64,000 nucleotides of DNA from Bugula neritina (Eukaryota > Animalia > Bryozoa). Of this stretch, positions 28,501-64,000 are shown in pieces. A model generated the notes under the pieces. That model did not search any database and was not told where the DNA came from. It saw nothing but the letters and a program-made list of their open reading frames with translations. A program made the translations under genes and the position numbers. Numbering within the stretch: the stretch's first letter is position 1; each line of letters begins with the position of its first letter. The stretch covers positions 16,289,875 through 16,353,874 of the forward strand of contig OZ037768.1 of the NCBI GenBank assembly GCA_964035545.1, read 5' to 3'.

Positions 28501-29370
28501 ATGCTATTTCTTCTATATATATTGCATGTGCTGGTATTGTATGATGATGCACAAAGCATTTTTTATAGACGAGAACGTGCAGTTAGTGAGTACAGACCAA
28601 GCGGTAAAGCAGTGTCTAGCAGGAAGCAACTAAAAAACTCTCTTAAAAAGAACACAACTTCTTCTTCCACTCCTTCTGTTAGCTACAAGAAGATAGAAGA
28701 CCAGATTAAGAATAAAAATGGTGAGAAGATAGCTGTATTGCTTTTACATTCTTTTCATTGCTTGTCATTATTTATAAATTCTACAGACAAACTTTCAATT
28801 CATCTTACTAAAATTGTATTGGTTGGTCAACTTGTATCTTGTGGGAATTGAGACATGGGATGTTAAAGACCAATTTATATTTTGAAATCTAGTCATTTTT
28901 AAGTTTATTTTTTGTTCAAGTAATGCTTTAAATTATATCCTGTCATTGTAGCTGTGGTAGAAAAGACCTCGTATGCCTATAATAAAAATAGAATAGAGTA
29001 TATGGCAGGAATGATAGAAAGAGTTTACAAGGATAAACCAATCAGAGGTATATTATTTTTATTGGTCAAATTTCTGCAGTTCCCTAATGTTGTATATGTC
29101 TCGCTGAGTACATCAAAAGACTACACTACATTTCAAAGAGTTATTTCATAATATGTTATTTAGTGCTTTATAATAATATGTTATTTTCTAGCTACAGTGG
29201 ACACCACCTCTTATGTGTATAACAAGAAGAGAGTCCAGTACATGGCAGGGGTTGTAGAGACCATGTTCAAAGATCCACCAGCTAAGCGTACTGAATTCGA
29301 CGATGAATTGAAATTTACTAAAGAAATGTGCATTGCTAGTCGAATGAGACAGAAATTTTTGAAGGACTGA
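28501..29370 (+). CDS. Small orphan spliced gene with a tandemly duplicated 32-aa exon module; 5' structure uncertain
   Basis: 28501-28720 (G|gtgaga), 28952-29047 and 29192-29370 (TGA) join in frame to 164 aa. The last two exons are paralogous. A hydrophobic upstream exon-like segment (about 28181-28417, CC|gtaagt) does not join this frame cleanly. Confidence 0.5.
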
Positions 29371-30202
29371 ACTAATTATTCTCAATTTAGCTATATTATA
29401 AATATATTTTGTGTTAGGAGCAGTATTGGGCTAATTATATTATGTATATGAAAATGTACATTTACTTATGTTTTCTTTGCTTGTTATTGCAGAATAAAAT
29501 ATCATAATACCATAAAAATAAGCCAAAGTATGCAATCCTTGTTTAATAAATATCATCATGTGTCACAAACAGATGTTGCAAAATTTATTGCAAATATTTT
29601 CAAAACTACTAGAAATGTTAAAGTTTTAAATTTATGGGGAATTTCAAATGCAGCATAGTTTATAATAAATAAAGACAATAATGATAATCAAGCTGACATG
29701 TTGATTAATATATAATATAATGCTGGCAAGCTAGGTGCAAAAAGTATCTACCTCTATATAAATGGCTATCTGAGATTATTCCATACCATTAGGCGAGCTA
29801 AAGAGCTGAAGTTATGTTTGAGGAACAAAAATACTATGTGTTAATTTGGCAGCTGCAGCTGCAGTGCAAGATCATCGAAGCCTTTTCAGCTTAAAATCTG
29901 GGCAATCATGATATATGCCTTACTCAAAGAATTGCTTATTACTAAGCTAAATATTAATTGAATTTAATTTAATAATAAGGATAAGTTTGAATTAAAATTG
30001 CCAATTTTATTGGTCATAAAAACTTGCAAATGTTATAACAATCATATTTGTGAAAACATGATACTATAGTGTACTATTTATTAGACTCTCCACAGAATAA
30101 TTTCCCAATTACTTTACAGGCCATGAATGATGTCAAAGAGAGATATAACTATGATACATACACAGTAGTTGACATGAAACATGATATTTATGAAAGCAGT
30201 AA

Positions 30203-30546
30203 GCCTAGGGCCACACGGTGCGTATTTTCGCATGCGAAAATTGAAATCACAAGTAGCAAAGGTGTCCACTGTAGCGTCAGTGACGCGGGATAAATAAAGC
30301 TTTCATTTTTAAATCGCACTCGCTTTCAATAAAACGCAATTTACTAGAATGTAGCACTAAAATAAAGAAATTGGGCTCGCTGAATAACTACCAGCCAATT
30401 AGGTGACGACGACAGAGACGATTCGCACTTGCGTTGAAAATGCTGAGCGACAAGTGCGAATGTTTTCTCAACGCGCACAGTGGACACCTTTGCTACTTGC
30501 GATTTCAATTTTCGCATGCGAAAATACGCACCGTGTGGCCCTAGGC
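30203..30546. mobile_element. 344-bp MITE, PIF/Harbinger (Tourist)-like, copy 2
   Basis: Same length, TIRs, TAA flanks and orientation as 22056-22399. Confidence 0.88.
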
Positions 30547-32329
30547 TAAATATTAGTTGGGGAAAAGGTAGTTTAAAAATCAATGCTGTCATTTGATACT
30601 TGCCTGTCATCACTGTCCCACCATTGAAGCTGATTGGACAGACAGACTAGCAAAAATATGGATGAGAAGATGGTGGAGGGAGGACAGCTGCCTCAATGTA
30701 TTTTATAATAAATTTATACAAAAAGTTCCCAAATTTCTTATACAGCCTTTGTTAGATGTTACATATAGTAAATATAAGTAGCATATAAACTTATCAGGAG
30801 AACACATGAAAGCATTATTATTGCAAAACTATGTTCACTATAATAAAGTTAAAACAAATGCAATAGCTACTCATTTATGGAGTATTGATGAGAGTAGAGA
30901 TTCTGTATTCTTATACCACATTTCAATACAAAAGCTGATGAGGATATAACCATTTGCCATCTATTTCTGACAAGCATACATGTGTAGCCTTCCTAAATGC
31001 TATCATTCAAAAGTGCAGCAAATAGAATAGTGCATTCACAAACTCAAAAGATAGCACTTATTGTTGATAGAAAAGTTAAAATTGGCGAATTGTCGGATCA
31101 AATAAAACAGTCATTCTTTAATAAGTATAATAAATTAGAAATGATCTGCCAACATAGCTATTTCTCCTTGATGCTAACTTATATTTTGCCATTAAACAGA
31201 ACGACTCAATTCTATCAAATTTCTACTCAACCAACGACCTACCAAATCAAGTTGCCATGATATTGGTTAAAATAATAATTACACATATGTGAAGGCTTTC
31301 CCTTGTGACGAGATAAGCTCTCTCTATCATCAACTGTCTTGATAGTTTGTTAAAGCTGCAGGGAAATTAGAATATGGAAGCTGAATATCTGGTCAAAAAT
31401 GCTAGTGTTACTACCATCAGGAATACAATAGCTAATTAATGTTGTTTATTTAGGTATTAAATACTTTCCAGGATAAGTGTACATAAATTTGTTGCTTTTA
31501 AATTTGATAGAAAGTTGCAGAAGTTGACTGTGTGCATATTTTCAAATTGATGATTTGAAATGAGAAATAATGTTTTGCTGACTATCTCATATTCACCCAG
31601 GAATTGCCCGCTGTCAGCATGCATTATCATCCAAGAGCACATGCTGAACTTTACCCTCACACCCTGCCTTACCAAGATAAAGAGGCTTGGTAAATTTATG
31701 TATACTAAAGTAGCCAAGCCTTTTAAAATGGTGGTACAAATTAATGTCAATCTAGGTTCTTAAAATATTTTAATGAAGTTTGGTAAAACATTAATATATT
31801 TGCAACCTCAAAGACAGACAGAGTAAGAATTAGAACTTTATATTCCATAGTTTGAATATTTACAAAAAATAAAGCATATAAACACATACACTGCATACTA
31901 CACAACACCAAATTTATAGTAATATTGTAAAAAGCCTGACTAGCAAAGAAGCAAGACATGAAGTAAATGAATAAATTCATAGACGGATGACAAGCAGTAC
32001 ATCTTTGATATCGAGGACTTTCAAAAACAACATAAATATTTTATCTATTTCCTTCCTAAGTTATTCTACAATGAGAAATAAAAAAAGGTACAGGTTATCA
32101 ACAATACATCTTAAGGTACCAGAATTGAGAGAGCAGACAAAATATAAAATAGCCTGGAACTTGTACAAGTTTTGAAGAGCAAAATACAACTTGATTAAGT
32201 ACAATCTCTGAGTGATAGTCATACCTGATTAGAACCTAAAATTTTGATTTGTTATACCTAAAAATTCTACATGCAAAATTGCAAATTGAAAATTCCTAAA
32301 ATGTCCATGATGTATATGAAAAAAGAGTT

Positions 32330-58217
<25,888 letters not shown>

Positions 58218-60599
58218 GCTTTTCTGACTCTTCCTTGTACTTTACAATTCTAAATCTTGTCTGTAATAAATAGGTATGACTTTATTTTACATAACTATTA
58301 AAACAGTCAAGTAAATGAATGATAACTGTGTTTCTATGTAAAGACAGTCTGCATTGCAAAAATAGAATTTTGCGACTTAAGAAAATAGCTTATAGCAATT
58401 GATTATTGTTATGACTTGTTCACATTCCAAGGTATTACTTATGTTCTGATAACAATTGGTTAAACTTGTCACTTTATCTTTAGCTGATTTAAGTTCCGAA
58501 TGTATTTGTAAGAAGAATCCTTAAATACGTATTCTACATATTACAAGTATGCAGATAAGGTTAGGCAAATAGTGCACCGAGTTAGTTTATTTTAAAGGCC
58601 GTAAGCATCCAGGTTATTTATTACATTTGAGCAAAAGTTTGCATGCTTTTCAACTGTTTTATCAGCATTTTATCCAATTTCTTATACGAAAACACTACAA
58701 AAATGCAAGTAAAAGTGGTCATATTAGGTGTCTTAGACTTGCCCAGACTTGCCCGCGAGCTTGCCCTCCGTGTCCTATTCTGACGTGGGGATGGCAAAAT
58801 AGCCCTATTGTAGCGTGAGTTTATTTCGCGTAAAGTTATTAAGAAGCGGGTTTGTCACAGATTCTCGTTATTCGTAGCTCAAATCACATGAATGTTACTC
58901 TTCGGGCGGCTACTAATAACTAACGTTAGCTACGCAACATCAAGAAAGGTAACTAATTTGACTGTTTTCAAATGGACTATTCCATTTCGCTAGTTTGTAA
59001 CTTGCTGTAAATCACAAAATAATTATTTTTCCTATTTTAATTTCAATTATCATGTCGACCACACTACCAGAAAATTACTCTTAAATATGCAGTAAATGAT
59101 GATTTTCAACCGTTTTGTGATGAAGTATAGGTTAGTAGTTGTTTACGTGAAACCAAGTTTTAAAATTTGTAATTGAATCAGTGAATCACAGTATGAGTAT
59201 CACTATGACTATCACTATGACTATCAGTATGAGTATCACTAGTCTATGTCTATGACTCTCACTCTAAGTCTATGACTATCGCCTATTAGTATTGGTGAAC
59301 TATTATTAATAATATTCAATGGTTATATTTATTAATACCATTATTACTTATTAGTCATAATGATAATCATATGACAGTATCAGTATGTAAATGTTACGGA
59401 GCAGGATCAGTTTCGAAACTAATACAGTAATACTAACAGTAATACTTGTAATATTAGTTATAACTATAAGTATAAGTTATACCGATAGCTATATTAACAT
59501 AAATATTTATATTCATAGTAATACTAATAGCAAATCTAATATTATTATGTTAATAGTTATACTTGTAAGTTATAATATAAAGCAAACGACACAAGTATTA
59601 ATTTGAACTGTTGGTCTTAAAATAAAAAGTAAAATAAATATAAATAATAAAATATAAATTATAATAATTTAATTATACTAATACTAATAGCAATACTTAT
59701 ACAGTAATATAATTATAATAAATTTATAAAACTTAAACAACTTTAGATTTAAGGAACAACTTTAAATACAAACATAAAGATAATATTAAATAATTATAAT
59801 CATAATGATCATAACAATAAATATAATTATGATTCCAATAATTATCAATATATTATATAATATTTAAATTATTTTAATTTATAATTATAATCATAATTTT
59901 TTTAGTTATAGTGAATAAATTCAATTTGACATAATAACTATAATATTATAAAGCAGTCAGTCTATCTCTAATGCTGATTGATATTCAAATTGTTATGACT
60001 GTATCATCATTCACTAACTCTAAGAGTAAGTGACTACAATTATTAGTATCAATGTTGTGTTAGAGTACTATACCCATTGGAATTTTGATATATCCATTAT
60101 ATTTACAACTCTGCCTGTTACAGTTATAAATAAATTGAACCAAAATACCAACAGTGCCTAATCATCGCCTTATTTAAAAAATAATCACAATCATAATGCT
60201 CAAGTTAATAGATTGGAAATTATTGAAAATTATGTTGATGCCAATATAAATATGACATTGTATGCATCCAAGTAGTGATGTTGTAATATATCTTGGAAGA
60301 TAATTACATTATAATAAGAGTTAAATTCCTCCAAGTAACTTTTTTTGCAATTATTCCTTAGAATAACTATAACTTATACTCATAACATTAGTTTTAGATT
60401 GAGCTACTAATTGTATTTATTGCATGTGAAGGTTAGTTATTCTCCATCAGCTGCATGAATGCGACTGGTAAATTTTGTAACCTTTGGCAGTAATAACTTT
60501 GTAGCATAAATTAGACACATTTTATAAAAATACAAATTTTAATGCTATAGCTGCTAGTAACTCTAATGGGTGTAATAATATTACTTTCACCAGCATTAA

Positions 60600-62015
60600 T
60601 TTTTACTTTGTTCATGCTTCATAAAGCATTTTCTAAATTCTTTTTTGAATAAATTTCTACAATACATATAATGTGCTGAATAGATTACATATGTTGGGGT
60701 TCTTCCTATACTGCAGCTCAGCCTACACTCCCCGCCACAAATGTTCCTAAACTACTAGCTTCATCGGGATACAGATTGATGGAGCTGTATTGATAAAAAC
60801 TTCTCTTTTTAGCAGTAGAGGCATCATGAAAAAAAAGGTAAGTATTTTACTCAATAAGAAAGTTTTTTACTTCTACAAATTTGATAGCCTACACTATTCT
60901 ATTTAAATGGAGACTGGTCTGACATAATGTGTCTGCCATTTATTAGTTATAATATAGTAATTACTATGCGGGCCTATAGATCAAATGGCTCAAAAAAAAT
61001 TAAATAAAACATTACACAACGCTGTATTTATTAGCAATGTGATACTTAGCAACTAATTTCACATTATTATTGTTTGCAAAGTTTTATATATCTACATATG
61101 TTTGTTCAATTCAGTGTTCTGAAGTAGAAGGTTCCAACAGCAGGGAAAAGCCTTGAACAAAATATTATGTTCTACATCTCCAACTCATTTTAACTTTGCT
61201 GGTCAGTTCATTGTGTATCTGGAGTATAGTTTTGTATTTTCAAGTAGTCCATCAGATACCTTTGTAGGTAGTAAAGATTAAAATGTTTGTGCAATGATGT
61301 CCGTAATGTTGAACTGATTTATTGAAACTAAAACTGTTCTTAATTATAACAAAACTTGACAATCTTTACATAAAGAATAATGTCCTATAATCTATCTTCA
61401 TTGTAAACAAAATTAGAAAGTTCCACATCAGCAAATTGTTTATCATCATCTGTAGGTGGAAGAAGCTTGCACTCAGTTATAAAGGCAAGCTGACGGTGGT
61501 TTTCTTTGCCTTCTATGAAGATTTGGAAAGAGCCAGAAAATTAATACTCTATAACTGCAAAACCATGTTGTAGTGTCTTGTGTTATTGATTGAATCATCT
61601 AAAAGAAAAATTGTTGTATCATTATAATTTTACTGTTAATGAATTAGCAAATTATCTACTTATCTTGGTAAATATATTCAAGAACAAATACTATAGTGTA
61701 ACTCAGTTTTGGTTATGTGTATGCTCCTTAAGCGAATTTACAGCAGATATCAAACTATATATTAGAGACTGATAAAGGAATTAAATTTAAGCTAACCATG
61801 ATGATGTAAATAGCTGTTGAATGTGACTTCGAGAACTCTGCTGGCCATGTCAGTTCAAATACACCAGGGTGATATGTTACGAATGTCATGTCATTATTGA
61901 AATTCAGATTTTTTAAGTGCCTCTTCACAACTCTGGCAGCATTCTGACTGCTCCCCAGCTTTCTGCGCCTGAAATTTCTTCTACTTGCACCATTCTTCTA
62001 TTGGTGGAATGTTAG
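60600..62015 (-). pseudogene. Decayed coding-like region (pseudogene or old TE), unidentified
   Basis: Protein-like stretches broken by stops, e.g. RRNFRRRKLGSSQNAARVVKRHLKNLNFNNDMTFVTYHPGVFELTWPAEFSK and FSGSFQIFIEGKENHRQLAFITECKLLPP. I recognise no family. Confidence 0.3.
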
Positions 62016-64000
62016 CCTATAACAAACAGGTGTACCAAAGCTAAAAAATATCTAATTCACTGCACTAGGATATTATTCAACTTATTTAAATTTAATATAT
62101 AGCAGTAAAACAATCACATACTTGTATTTATTTTATCAGCTTTACTTTACAAAGCTGAACCATATGATTTAGTAACTTGTCACCATAATAAACATTGTAC
62201 AACATACAAATTGAAAACCTGATGTGATTGCTTTTTAATAGAATATACATTACAAACATGTTACTTTGATAAGCATGTTCATAATAAAAGTATTAAACCA
62301 GTTTGAAAAAAATTATTTTGTTATGTAATGGATCGCAAAACTACATAATTTTAGACCTGTAGCTCGATGTTCTTCAAGCAACGGGCTGCTGTGACTAATT
62401 AATTTTCTATCATTGCATTTGATTGTTCTACTCATAGTGTATTGGCGAGTTAAAATTATTGGTAATTTAATGTATATTTTAGCTACCTCTGTACAATCAA
62501 TGTCATAGTAATATCAATTAGGTTTTAAATTTCACTGAGTTTATAGTAAATTATTGCAACTGTTACATAACATTTGGCTAGTTCTCTAGTTCATTAAATG
62601 ACCATACGAACTTAATTTTATAACATGACAAAACACACAAAGCAAAATTAAAATAAGCATATTATGAACCAATGTAATTGATAAGTGATAATGCTGTTGT
62701 AAAACATAAATTATCAAATTTAAATAGTTATTATTACCATTAGTATTACTATCATTATTACAACTATAATCATTATTACTATTACTATTAGTATTAGCAT
62801 TAGTAGTAAAAAAATGAGTAGAGTTCAACATATACAATCTAGCGTACTATAAAAGTAGAAGTAGAACTTCTAAAACTATCATTAACAGAACTATGAGTAA
62901 TACTAGTAGTTGTACTAATAGTAATACTAATTATTAATACTAATAAACAATAGTAATAGTATCACTATGAGTATGAGACTTGGGCTGGCAGTGATTATCA
63001 CTATCACTATCAGCATCGTCATAGTCAAAAGTTACAAGAATTAGAAGCCATCTTCATATTGATATTCTCATTGAGTTATGCATAGTCATATTCACAGTAT
63101 TAGTCAATCACTGATTGAGTTAATGTCATAGTGATACTCATACTCATAATTAATTTATACGATTACGACACTCATAGTGATACTGATAGTCATAGTCATA
63201 CTCATAGAGTAAGTACATAGTGATAGTGATACTTCTTCGTGAATTTAATATTATCATTGTTGCTAATATTATGTCTTACTCTTAGTCTAACAGCAGCTCT
63301 ATGAAGAAGTTAAACATAACTGATAAAACAAATTTAAAAAATAATACTGCAACAATCAATATAATGTATATCAATATGCTAGCAACCTAATTTTCAGCTC
63401 ACTTCATTAACTTTCCGTGCAGTATTGTGATAAAATTAATTTATTAATGGTGACCTTGACATCTTCGTCTAAATGCCTTTCACATCAAGCCCGAACCAAT
63501 TTGTAAAAAGTTTGGATTTTTTACTTTTAAATATTTTTTACGAAAAGAGCTTCAAAATAAATTTAAAAAAAAGTGAGCTGTTGTCCACATGAAAGGAAAT
63601 ATATGAGCCAATTTTCTAAATTCTGGAAGTTACCAGAGGGTCACAATATTTTTTTTTAAAATCTTTATTTTCACGACAAGCTCTATATATTAATATAGAA
63701 AAAAAGAAGACAACTCTTCTTTCAGATTTTTCATGTGCCACGGTCACGTCAATATCAGTGCTATTAACACATATATTTTAATTCATTTTTTCTGGTATAT
63801 TGAGTTGAGATTTTTTTTATATATTTTGTGAATGTAACTAAAAAAGTATGATCTTTCAACTAACAGTAATTGATTTTATCAAAATAACCTGGATGCCTAC
63901 GATGTTTAAAGCATATATTTCAAATTTTATATTTTTTCTCAAGAAGATGAGAAAAACCAGAAACTAGAAACCAAGGACAAGTCAGACCAGAAGGAAATGA

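Overview
AT-rich, intron-containing eukaryotic DNA, most likely from an invertebrate animal; the taxon cannot be determined from the sequence. I rebuilt the gene models by hand from GT-AG boundaries and reading-frame phase. The window holds: (1) a 5'-truncated full-type P-glycoprotein gene (ABCB1-like, + strand, 21 exons seen, 1278-15464); (2) a convergent NIPSNAP3-like gene (- strand, 17455-19214); (3) a dense DNA-transposon patch at 19.9-30.5 kb, with a disabled pogo/Tigger-like element, nested and paired MITEs and a small orphan spliced gene; (4) a complete long-type MRP gene (ABCC1-like, - strand, 32330-58217, about 1585 aa). The most striking feature is in the ABCC1-like gene. One TMD2 segment is encoded twice: once as a single 311-nt exon and once as a pair of exons (145+166 = 311 nt). 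Their phases make the two versions mutually exclusive, a one-exon-versus-two-exon switch over probable substrate-specificity helices. The two NBD signature exons of the ABCB1-like gene are also almost identical at silent sites, which suggests intragenic gene conversion.
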